Of a DNA stretch of 64,000 nt, positions 1-10,945 are shown one piece after another. The position numbers were made by a program, and so were the translations under genes. Below the pieces are notes generated by a model. It saw nothing but the letters and a program-made list of their open reading frames with translations, was not told where the DNA came from and ran no database searches. The stretch is taken from the NCBI RefSeq assembly GCF_009914755.1, contig NC_060925.1; one strand, 5' to 3'. Source of the stretch: the human T2T-CHM13v2.0 reference genome, Homo sapiens. Numbering within the stretch: position 1 is the first letter of the stretch; every line of letters begins with the position of its first letter.

Positions 1-277
1 TTCCATAAATGATATTGCCATCCAATTTACAACATTCCAGGAAAATTTGATATAACTTAAAACTGTGTGGAAAACAATTTATGTTTATATATAAAATAGA
101 TTCTAGGCTCAGATAATTATAAACAGATTTTTCACCTACATAAATGAGCTGAGCAGTGGGACAACTAAGTCACACAGGATGCAGGACAATTCTTCGCTCT
201 GCGTGACTGTCCTGGTCAATGGAAGATGTCTAGAATCTTTGACCCCACCAACTATATTCCAGTAGTGCCCCACTCCC

Positions 278-628
278 TCATATGGTTTGGCTCTGTGTCT
301 CCAACCAAATCTCATCTCAAATTGTAATCTCCATGTGTCAAGGGAGGCAGGTGATTGGATCATGCAGGCAGTTTCCCCCAGGCTCTTCTCATGATAGTGA
401 GTGAGTTCTCATGAGATCTTATGGTTTTATAACTTTGGAAGTTCCTCCTTCACAGCACTTCTCTCTTTCCTGCCATGTTGTGAAGAGAGTGCCTGCTTCC
501 CCTACCTCCATGATTGTAAGTTTCCTGAGGCCTCCCCAGCCATGTGGAACTGTGAGTCGATTAAACCTTTTTATAAATTACTCAGTCTTGGGTATTTCTT
601 TATAGCAGTGTGAAAACGCACTAATACA
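278..628 (+). mobile_element. Solo MaLR LTR (THE1D/MST-like)
   Basis: T(C)ATATGGTTTGGCTCTGTGTC...CTAATACA termini; 5-bp TSD CTCCC at 273-277 and 629-633. Confidence 0.85.
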
Positions 629-1076
629 CTCCCCAATCACTGGGACAAGCAAAATCACTCTGGTAAATTTCAAAAAAAAAACCCTGGAAGCAGTTCAATC
701 CCAGTAGTTTCTTGATCTATAAATCCAGAGGCCTCTTTTCTGTTGTCATTGGCTACCTCTCTAGAGCATTTGACCTGTTAAGAAGCTGCTCCTCATCTCT
801 CCATCCTCCCTTGCACCCCATGTTACTACACCCCTGCAGCTTTCCTTTCCTCCTTAACCAATTCCTGCCTGGTATTATTATCTGACTTCCCACCTCCCCA
901 TGCCCATGCCTGCTGTCCTCCCTTTTTCCTCTTCACATGCTCTTCAACTTCCTCTCCTAAGTAATTGACTCTCAAAGTCCCATTTCTACATGAAAAATAC
1001 AAATCCACATTTCCAACTTCCACTTGGTCATTCACACAGATAAACCCTTAAGTTATGCATGTCCAAAATCAAACTG

Positions 1077-3432
1077 CAGGCCCCTCGGGAACATTGTGGG
1101 CTCAGTTCTAGACCACTGCAATAAAGCAAGTCACACACATTTTTTTGTTTCCCAGTGCATATAAATGTTTACACTATATTGTAGTATATTCAGTATGCAA
1201 TGGCATTATATCTTTTAAAAAGTGCATATCTTAATTTAAAAATACTTTATTGCTTAAAAAATGCTAACGATCTTAAAGCCTTTAGCAAGTTGTAATCTGT
1301 TTGCTGGTGGAGGGTCTTGCTTCAATGTTGATGGCTGGTAACTCATTAGGGTAGACGGTTGCTGATGGTTGGCGTGGCTGTGGCAATTTCTTAAGATAAC
1401 AGTAAAGTTTGCCACATCAATTGACTCTTCCCTTAATGAAAGATTTCCCTGTAGCATGTGATGCTACTGAACAGCATTTTAACCACAGTAAAACTTCTTT
1501 CAGAATTGCAGTCAATCCTCTAAAACCCTGATGCTGCTTTATCAGCTATGTTTATGAAATATTCTAAATTCTCTGTTGTCACTTGAACAATGTTCATAGC
1601 ATACTCACCAGGAATAGTTTCCATCTCAAGAAACCACTTTATTTGCTCAATCATAAGAAGCACCTCCTCATCCATTCAAGTTTGATCATGAGATTGCAGC
1701 AATTCAGTCATATCTTCATGCACCACTTCCAATTCTATTTCTCTTGTTATTTCTATCACATCTGCAGGGACTTCATCCACTGAAGTCTTGAACCCCTCAA
1801 AGTTATCCATGAGGCTTGGAATCAGCTTCTTCCAAACTCATGTTAATGTTATATTTTGACCTCCTCTCATGAATTATGAACGTTCTTAATGGCATATAAG
1901 ATGATGAATCCTTTCCAGAAGGCTTTCAATTATGATGCCCAGCTCCATCAGAGGGATCATTATCTATGGATGCTATAGACTTATAAAAAGGATTTCTTAA
2001 ATAATAAGAATTGAGAGTCAGATTTGCTGCTTGATCCATGGGCTACAGAATGGATGTTTTACTAGCTGGCATGAAAACAACATTCATCTTCTTGTACATC
2101 TCCATCAGAGTTCTTGGCTGAACAGGTGCATTGTCAATGAGCACTAATATTTTGAAAGGAATCTTTTTTTGTGAGTAGTAGTTCTCAACAGTAGGCTTAA
2201 AATTTTCAGAAAATCATGTTGTAAACAGATATGCTGTCACCCAGGCCTTTTTGTCTCATCTATAAAGCACAAGTAAAGTCAATTTAGCATAATTCTTGAG
2301 GGCCCTAGAATTTTCATAATGGTAAATGAAAATTGGCTTCAACTTAAGATCACTGGGTGCATTAGCCCCTAATAAGCCTGTCCTTTGAAGCTTTGAAGTT
2401 AGGCTTTGACTTTTCTCTGGCTAGAAAAATCTTACATGGCATCTTCTTCCAATAGAAGGCTATTAAGTCTACATTGATAAACTGCTGATTATTGTAGCCA
2501 CCTCCATCTACCTTTGCTAGATCTTCCGGATAACGTGTTACAGCTTCTCCATCAGCACTTGCTTCTTCACCTTGTACTTCATTGTTATGCTTCTTTTCTT
2601 AAACCTCGTTTAAGAAATCAAACTCTGCTAGCTTCAAACTTTTCTACAGTTTCCTTACCTCTCCACCCTTGAGTTAGGGCCTTGCTCTGGATTAGGCTTT
2701 GGCTTAAAGGAATGTTGGGGCTGGTTTGATCCTCTATGCAGACCGCTAAAACTTTCTCCATATCAGGAATAAGACTGTTTCACTTTCTTATCATTCAGGT
2801 ATGCGTTAGAACAGCATTTTTAATTTCCTTCAAGAACTTTTTGTTTGCATTCACAATTTGGCTAACTGTTTGGCACCAGACGTCTAACTTTTGCTTATCT
2901 GGATTTCTGACATGCCTTCCTCACTAAGTTTATCATTTCTAGCTTTTGATTTGAAGTGAGAGAAGTATGACTCTTCCTTTCACTTGAACACTTAGAGGCC
3001 ATGGTAAGGATATTAATTGGCCGAATTTCAATATTGTTGTGTCTCAGGGAATAGGGAGGAGCAGGAGAGGGAGAGAGGAGGGGAACAGCTGGTAAGTGGA
3101 GCAGTCAGAACACACACAACATTTATAGATTAATGGGCATGGTCTGTGGCACCCTAAAACAATTACAATCGTAACATCAAAGATCAGTGATCACAGATCA
3201 CCACAACAGATACAATAAAAATGAAAAACTTTCAAATATTATGAGAATGCCCAAAATGTGACACAGAGACATGAAGTGAGCACATACTGCTGGAAAAATT
3301 GCACTAATAGACTTGTTCAACACAGGGTTACCAAAAACTGTCAATTTGTAAAATAAACAACAACAACAACAACAAAAACACATTGTCTGTGAACTGCAAT
3401 AAAGCAAAGCACAATAAAATGAGGAAAGCCAG
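1077..3432 (-). mobile_element. Near full-length Tigger1 DNA transposon (decayed), inserted in an L2
   Basis: Tigger1 terminal sequences (CAGG...GACCACTGCAATAAAGCAAGTCACAC; GCAATAAAGCAAAGCACAATAAAATGAGG); ~2.35 kb; L2-like sequence resumes on both sides. Confidence 0.85.
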
Positions 3433-3719
3433 TGGTCATCTTCCTCCAAAACCTGTTTTTCCATCAGTTGTATCTATTTATGAAAATGACAACATCATCT
3501 ACTTAATCTAGAAATAACAACCAATTTGATTCTTTTTCTTCCTTCCCCACATCCAATTGATTGTACTCTGTTTTCCCTATCTCATATGGCAACATAGTTG
3601 CCTTTCTGTCAATGTAGTTCAAGCTATCATTGCCAGTAGCTTAGAGTATTGTCACAGCCTCCTAACTGGTACTTCCACTCCAATTTATTTTTTGATACTA
3701 ACACAAAGAGAATTTCTGC

Positions 3720-3960
3720 AGATAATAATAGTAGATAACATTAATTGCCTAGCATATGCCCAGCACTATACTATGTGCTTCCTGTCTCTTTTTAATAGGC
3801 ACAGCCACATGATAAAGTCAGAACTTTTTTTTTTTTAATTTTACAGATGAGGCAAAAGAGGTTTGGGGAGGTTAAAGAACTTACCTAAGGTAACAGAGAT
3901 AGCTCAGAAGTGACAACACCAGGAATCCAAGGTTTATCTGGCTTCTAAAAACCCTGTTTG
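3720..3960 (-). mobile_element. MIR SINE fragment
   Basis: ttttacagatgagg...gaggttaaagaacttacctaaggtaacagag MIR core. Confidence 0.6.
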
Positions 3961-4277
3961 TTTTTGCTTTCTTTGCTACTAGCCTGTTTGCAATCTTCAA
4001 TGTCTATCCCTATCCCATCTGCCTTTTCCTTCTCCTTCCATTCTTCCAACCCATGAGTCCTTCTTTTGGTTTTACTTATTCCCTTAAATATTTACTTGTT
4101 TGTCATTTCAAGGAAGTCCGTCACAGCAGGCTCCTCTTCTTCTGCCGTGTCCACATCTGTCCTGATCCCTCTTTCTCTCCACTCTCTCTTCCCAGCTGCT
4201 AAGAGAGGCTGGAGAAAGAAACGAATAGACAGGATGGCTCCAACAACCTCTGCAGATGCAGATACACAAAAATCCCT

Positions 4278-4371
4278 GCATTGAGCCGAGATCGCGCTAC
4301 TGCACTCCAGCCTGGGCGACAGAGCAAGACCCCGTCTCAAAAAACAAACAAACAAACAAACAAACAAAAAA
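4278..4371 (+). mobile_element. Severely 5'-truncated Alu (AluY-like 3' end) with (AAAC)n tail
   Basis: GAGCCGAGATCGCGCTACTGCACTCCAGCCTGGGCGACAGAGC with CpGs intact; flanking aaaa(c)tccctgcat TSD. Confidence 0.85.
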
Positions 4372-4918
4372 CTCCCTGCATCTTTAGCTTTTCTCTGACT
4401 AACTCTCAGAGTTGCTTTACGGTTCTTATATAATGAATCAATCAAGTACAAAGTGCTTTGTAAAGAGAGCTATAAAGCACCCTGCATGTGTAAGGTGCAA
4501 CTAACTACTCACCCTCCTTTTACATGCTCAGGGCTTCAACTGAGTTATTCTGTGAGCAAGAATATTCTGTGTGCATCCAAGCAGAGAATGGCACATCTGT
4601 GTTCAAGGTGAAGGAAGAATAGAACCCTAAATAATATGAAGTTGGCCGAGAAAATCTCTACTTAACATTACTGCCAGAGTCCAGCTTAAAACTTCATTGG
4701 GGTTGTCATAAGCGAGTAAGACAGGAAGAAAATGGCATTAACCTAAAAAAACCTCACTTTAAAAATCTCTCTAGGAGGGTTCCCCTCCCCCCATCTTCCT
4801 GGAAGTTTTAAGTTTTTGCAAATATCCTCCCTTGTCCTGCCCAGATCTTGTCCCTTCTAGTACTGGCCTTCCCCATTCCTGGGGGCCCCCGCCCCTCCGA
4901 CCCCCGCCGACCGGCGCT

Positions 4919-4943
4919 GGACTACAACTCCCGGCGTGCCGCG
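4919..4943 (+). promoter_or_regulatory. ZNF143/THAP11 (SBS-type) motif
   Basis: GGACTACAACTCCCGGCGTGCCGCG matches the ACTACAnnTCCCRGnnTGC consensus. Confidence 0.75.
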
Positions 4944-5021
4944 CGCGTCCGGCCGGCTGCACCGGGGCTTTGCGCGTGGCGGCCGCCGAGCTCCGCGCGG
5001 GGCAAACCTCCCGGCGCGGCC

Positions 5022-5031
5022 ATGCGGGGAG
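5022..5031 (+). CDS. SAMD13: SAMD13 alternative first exon, coding part (M-R-G-, phase 1; 116-aa isoform MRGVAEVKEP...)
   Basis: GGCC-ATG CGG GGA G followed by a perfect GTAAGT donor at 5032; G+TT joins in frame to exon 9670. Confidence 0.8.
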
Positions 5032-5399
5032 GTAAGTGATCTGCCTGTGCGCCCAGGGCGTGGGAAGGCGCCCGCCCTCTCCTCTCTCCAGGATGAAAGG
5101 AAACGAAGAATGCCGCAATGAAAACCGCTCTGCCCTCCCAAAAACACATCTTGGCCGTGTGTCCGGTGCTCCTGCAGCTCGTTGCACCCACGGACGTGGG
5201 CTCTCACTGTGGAGTGGAGTGGGGGCAGAAGCGTGCCCTGCCCCACGGAGAGCCCCGGCTCGCCTGGGGCTGCTGGCAGTGCTCGGGGAGCGGGACGGGG
5301 TGGTGGCACGACTCGGCGGGGACCCCGAGAACGCCACACCTCCACCCTCCACTTTCCAAAGACCGGCTTCCCCGGGGAGCCCCCACACTAAACGCCAGC

Positions 5400-5580
5400 G
5401 AACTGCCTCTCCGTGAAAGTCTTAGCCAGAAACTTTCCCCGCTTTGTCGCCAGTGCCACAGAGAGTCGTGTGGCTCTGGGCCGGCGCTGCTGGTCCAAGA
5501 GGCAGCCTGGCGTCTTCTGCCCCTACCGTCCCCTTCTCAGGCCAGTTCTCACTTGCCCCTGAGACGCCATTCCCGGCTCG
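5400..5580 (+). other. SAMD13: Probable non-coding alternative first exon of SAMD13 (start uncertain)
   Basis: TCG|GTGAGG donor at 5581 inside the CpG island. Confidence 0.45.
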
Positions 5581-6080
5581 GTGAGGTCGGCCCTGCCCTC
5601 GGGCGACTTCAGGCTGGCTGCACCGGGGGTCGGATCCCGGGAGGCAGGGCCGGCGGCTCCTTTGGGACCGCGCTGGCTCCCTAGGCGAGTCCTTTCTGCC
5701 TGGGGGACGAATGCTGATCTAGAAAAGAAGCCAATCAAAGTCAACAGCTTCCCGCCCTTCCTAACCGCCTCCCCTCTCCCTATCTGAGCGCATTCCCAAG
5801 TGGGTCGACAGTTCTGCTCCAGAATACTGACACCAAAGTTATTTCAGCATATAATTTGGAGATTTCAGGATCTCTAAAGTTATTTCAGCATATCCCATAA
5901 TGTGCTGGATCGGAAGGTCTTGTTTGGTTGCCTCTCCCCCTCACCCCCACACACCACATACACACACACCCCCACATACGTACCACACCCACACACAAAG
6001 TACACCACATAGTGCACACATCACACTCACATACTTTATGCTACATACTACACACACAACTTTTTATCAGCAGAGGATTG

Positions 6081-6108
6081 ATGGCAAACAGTTTGTTGGA
6101 GGGAGTGT
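6081..6108 (+). CDS. SAMD13: SAMD13 alternative 5' coding exon (MANSLLEGV-, phase 1; 122-aa isoform MANSLLEGVFAEVKEP...)
   Basis: ATG at 6081, GTGAGT donor at 6109; T+TT=Phe in frame with exon 9670; upstream tttttatcagcag acceptor. Confidence 0.75.
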
Positions 6109-6121
6109 GTGAGTACTAGTG

Positions 6122-6166
6122 TATATATATATATATATATATATTTATTTATTTATTTATTTATAT
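6122..6166. repeat. (TA)n(TTTA)n microsatellite directly after the 6109 donor
   Basis: Direct reading. Confidence 0.9.
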
Positions 6167-8169
6167 TCACAAGTGTCAGTTTACTACCAAAGTTAGAAAC
6201 TAGCTGGTAAGTGAAACCTGTTGTCATAATTTAGAGTGTCTTTGTGGCTCACTTTTTATAAAACGGGATTAACTTCCTACAACACTTTCTGAAACTTTAC
6301 TCTTGTGTAACAGGCAAACTTTTGATCACAGCAGGCCAGATGGGAGGGGATGTCCCTTTGTATATGCAGGAAGAGATGCTTGGAAAAACTTCACAGAATC
6401 CTTTCTCCTGTGGCTGTGTCTAAGGAAGAGCTGGGTGTAACTACAGTTTCTTTGCCTTTTCCCCGTCAAGAGTGGAGAGCTGAACATGCTTTTGTTCTGA
6501 GCAGCACTGTCAGGACAACCCCAGCTCCCCAAGACACAGAACTCCCAGTCCAACTCGCTTCCAATTTGGATTTACTGGGAGAATAGTTCAGGAATTTCAG
6601 ATCAAGTCCAAAAGCATTAAGGAATCTGTTAGTGAAAGAGCTCTTTATCTACATAAAAGTCCATCATTTTGAGATCAGCACTGGTGAAAGATCCACATGC
6701 CTGACCCATGCTCAAAAAATACTGCTCAAAAATATTTAATTGGTTCCTAGATTACTATTGTTTGCCTTTTCAAGGGAGCAATGGCAAATATTTGAAATCT
6801 TTCTTGGCACTGATCTTCAAGGAAGTCAAAAATTTCTAATATAATTCCTGGAATAAGTAAAGAACAAATTTTTTGACCTTGAAATTCAGGTTCCAAATTT
6901 AGATCAAAGGTAATCTCCTAATGTCCTAAAAGATTATTTTTAAAAAGGGAAGCAGGCAGCTTTTTCCTCAGATTCTACCTGAATTCTACAGGATATTACA
7001 GCAAGTGATAACTTTTTCCAGGATCTTTCTGGGGAACCTGTGTTCTGTGCCCTGTCTTGAGTGGTTTTGTTGACCATCTTGACCTAAAAGTGTCCAAATG
7101 TTGATTGATGTTTATTTCAATGAAGAGGCAACCATGTATGTTTTCTGTGTATGTGCAGAACATTAATGGGATGAGATTATTCTCCTGGAAAAGTGGTTTA
7201 AGCCAAGCAAGGGAACTGTGAGAATGACCAGGGTAACTTAAACAAAAGATCTTGCCCAGCCTCTCTGCTCCACCTCCCAGTTTTCTGATTTAGTATTTAG
7301 GATGATGGCGGGAGAGACTATGAATTTTGGGGTGGGCATAATGTCTTTCTATTCATATGTAACTAATATAGTACCGGGTACTCATAGATTGTAAGTGTTG
7401 GTTAAATTTCTTGAATTATGCTTTTTGTCCAACTGGGATAAACAGTTAAAATTAAACCTCCCAGAACTAATTGTTTTCGTTTTGTAGAATAAGGTTTTGT
7501 TTGTTTCAGTTTGAATTTTTGCTGGCTTCATTTGGCAGGATAAATGCCAAAATAAAAGAATGTGGGCGTTTTCAGGAGATCTGGTCATCTATTTTGCATC
7601 CTTTCCGAAATATGTTACTTCCTGCATAATGAAGTAAAAGGATTTGCTGCTGGGCAGTGCTTTCCTTATTCTCACAAAGAGATTACTTAAAAGCCAGCCC
7701 TGGGAACTTTGTCCATGAATCTCTATTAGGAAAAAAAGAGTAACATGGGACTGCAGCTTCCGAGTGTTCTCTGGTTATAGCCCATAAGCACTGGCTTCTC
7801 ACTCTTATTTTTCCCTCTGGGGAGAAAAGGAAATAGTTTGAAACATGACATTCATGCTCAGAACAACAGCTAAGACCTATCATGCAGCAACAATGAAGGG
7901 GAGGGAGAAAATAAGAAGCTATTGAGACAGCTTGTTTTTCTTTGTACAAGACAGGTGCAGGGAGAATTCTGCAGGTTTTGGACTCCTTACTCATTTCTTG
8001 CACTAATTGTGCTGAAGGTAGTTAGCAAAAGTGAACAGGCACACTGTAGCTTTAAAAAGTCAGCCATGAACCAGAAGGCAGTTGGTGCAGCTTGTGTGTG
8101 ATTCCTAACGTCATGTTGGCTGAGAGCCAGCCTGGTTTTATTTCACTGTGTCAAATTGTACCTCCTTAT

Positions 8170-8269
8170 TGAATTCCTTTGCCAGCCTACTTTGTGAAAG
8201 AAAACATTGGGGTTTCTTTGGCTGTTCTTGATAAGCCTATAAAAAATGATATTTTTTAGTTGCTTATAG
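8170..8269 (+). other. SAMD13: Probable non-coding alternative first exon of SAMD13 (start uncertain)
   Basis: TAG|GTAGGT donor at 8270 in non-repetitive sequence 1.4 kb upstream of exon 2; would use the ATG at 9702. Confidence 0.5.
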
Positions 8270-9001
8270 GTAGGTTTTCTTTTTACTCTTCCACAGAAAA
8301 GAAAATAATAGTAATAATAATAAGACAATGTAGTGTGGTGTTGCAGAGTATCATTGTGAGTGTTTTGTTTTGTTTTCTGAGATGCTTAGAAAATGGTGAA
8401 TGTGTAACAGTTTCCAACTGAAGTGAAATCATATTCTGTTAGCATGGAGCAGCAGCACTATCTTCCTGTCTACTCTCTAACGGTGTGTGAATGTATGCTA
8501 ATATCTATATATATATATTAAATGTTGGATTTCTCTATCAATGATCTAAGTGGTTTGCAGCTGGAAGTTTGTGTGTATGTGTGTGTTTCAGGAGTGAAAA
8601 TTATCCCACACTTACAGTGTTATTTGTTAATCATCTACTTCTCTAACAGTGATAAAATCTTGCGAATATACTAAATGATGCACTTGCCATGTCAGAGTAA
8701 TCCCTAGAGAAGGAGTGCCGAAGTATAAAGTGATTTGAGTGGAAATGTATTTAATTTATGGCTTCAGCTGAATAAGAGCAAACACGTTTCGGGACTGTTT
8801 CTTCCTTTTTTTTTTTTTTTTTCTTAAAGCAGTTTTGTTCGTAGCTTTTTCATTTTGCTAATTGCATATTAATTGTGGAAGGCTTTTAATTTTCCACAGC
8901 CCTCATCCTACTAAACAAAAAGACAGAGTGATGGATGCTACAATATCTCCTTAAATGTTTTGATGATTTTTCATAAATCTAATGAGTTACCTACTCTTTC
9001 T

Positions 9002-9002
<1 letters not shown>

Positions 9003-9043
<41 letters not shown>
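9003..9043. repeat. (CA)n microsatellite
   Basis: Direct reading. Confidence 0.95.
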
Positions 9044-9045
<2 letters not shown>

Positions 9046-9669
9046 AGCACCACCTTTCTGTGCTAAGGGCTATCTGGCATTTTTTGTGAGCTTCCTGCTT
9101 TACCACAGCATGGCCATCTCACAGACGGGTTTTTGAGGCTTTCGTTGAGAATGTGAGGTAGGGGAATACTTGCTGACAAAAGCTTTAAGTGTCCTTCTGC
9201 ATTGCAATGAAAAAATCTAGGAGCAAGGGGGAGTGGACAAAAAAAAAACCAAACACAATAAGAAAAAACAAATCAAAGCCCATAATGGGAGGGGGGCAGG
9301 AAAAGGGGGATTGTTTTTCTCTACTTTGACTCATTTATGAGTTGCAGTGTCTTAAGTGAGAGCTAGGCACCCAGAAGAAGCTGTGCCAGTTCACACAGCA
9401 CTTGTTTTCAACGAGGATTCAATTTCATTTGCAAATGCTTATTGTCAAGGCAGGGAGTGCCAGTACAGATGAAAGCACCCCAATCCGTCTCCTCCAGTTC
9501 TTTAGGTTTAATCACATCTCTCCAATCGCCGAGGGAACTGGAGATTTAAACAAACATACGTGAACTGGTGTGAAGCTGTAAAAGGGACCATTATGTTTCC
9601 GATTCAGAATATATATTCTTCTCTCACTTTCTAAGAATTAAACACAAGCTTTTCTCCCTTATTGATTAG

Positions 9670-9754
9670 TTGCTGAAGTAAAGGAACCCTGCAGCCTTCC
9701 CATGCTATCTGTTGACATGGAAAACAAGGAAAATGGCTCTGTCGGTGTAAAAAA
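9670..9754 (+). CDS. SAMD13: SAMD13 common exon 2 (AEVKEPCSLPMLSVDMENKENGSVGVK; internal ATG at 9702 starts the 102-aa isoform)
   Basis: Polypyrimidine tract and ttag acceptor (AG 9668-9669), GTAAGT donor at 9755; AA+T=Asn continues in frame into exon 3. Confidence 0.92.
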
Positions 9755-10801
9755 GTAAGTGAAGCTGGCTTCTGAGTTCTGCTTCTGCAAACAACAGAGG
9801 GACTTAGTTTCTATTTTCGTACTTCTTGCTTATCTACTACAATACACAGTTTGGGGGTCGCCTTGGTTTGTCTACACTGGCCAGCAGCCTCCCTTCTCCC
9901 CCCTACCCCAGTTACCTTTTTCTGTATTGCATTTCTAAGACAGAGATGACTCAGACATCAAAATATATATGAAAGGTTTGTGTATCAGGCTTTGGAACAA
10001 GGATGGTTGAGGATTTCAGCCCTGCATTCTGTATATTGAAACAAAAACTCCAAGCAGAGACTCTTCCATAGACAACACAGAATGGGGGCAGAAAATAGAG
10101 TTCAAATTTTTTTTTTGAAATACAATCACCTCTAACTCTGAAAACTAAGAGCTATAGTGCAGGAAGGGAAAAAGCTTCAGTAAGAATATAGTTTAACAAC
10201 TCCTCCGTCCTAATTTTATGAACTGTTTAATGAATGTGAAACATTTCTGTGCATACATGGTGTTTATTTTAAAGTCTGTTCTCACATTTGAAACTTGTGT
10301 TTATATGTGTCATGTAAGAGTTATATATTTGATTATTTTAAATGGGAAAATTCAATTGCACATGTAACATAATATTTTGATATTTATGAGTATATGAAAA
10401 ATGTATATTCTCACTTAGGAGTTATAGCAAAGCAATAAGTACTTTGATTACAAGGAGAAAGTGAGTTCCAAGAGGGAGTTATCTGTTTCATTTCTTTCCA
10501 TATCATTTAGTTTAAAATTGCCGTCAACTTGAGCTTTGGAGGAAACTAATTAAATATAATCCATAGAAGCTGTGATATCTAAATGAGGAAACAGTGTGCT
10601 ATATGTTTATGAATAGAAGGTATATTTTGCTTCACAGCAAAGTTACATTAAAACTAACTTAATAAAATCTGTTTTTTAAAGTTCTCGGGTAATTTATATA
10701 TCAGTGCCATACTGCCATGCTGATTACCATCCCTAAAGTTTGGGGTAGGTAGGTGGAGGAGAAATGAAAGAAACAGATGCTGTTTTATGTGTGAGTTAGA
10801 T

Positions 10802-10945
10802 CAGTGTTATCCAACAGTACTTTCAACAATGATGGAAATGTTCTGTATTTGTGCTGTCTAAAATGGTAGCCACTAGCCACATGTGGCTACGAAGAATATG
10901 AAATGTGACTAGTTTAAGTAAGAAACTGAACTTTTAATTTTACTT
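10802..10945 (+). mobile_element. MER3 (hAT-Charlie), 5' part
   Basis: CAGTGTTATCCAACAGTACTTTC...GTAGCCACTAGCCACATGTGGCTA; TSD AGTTAGAT 10794-10801. Confidence 0.8.

Larger units (their letters stand above)
4850..5760. promoter_or_regulatory. CpG island promoter of SAMD13
   Basis: High GC and dense CpG against an AT-rich background; GC box CCCCGCCCC 4887-4895; AGCCAATCA 5729-5737; CCCGCCC 5751-5757. Confidence 0.9.

Noticed and set aside
4771-5787. Many overlapping 60-205 aa ORFs on both strands
   Set aside because: Expected from stop-codon scarcity in a CpG island; low-complexity P/R/G/A sequence with no domain.
8238-8245. TATAAAAA as a TATA box
   Set aside because: The predicted start would fall on the splice donor at 8270, so it more likely lies inside the exon; AT-rich context makes a chance match likely.
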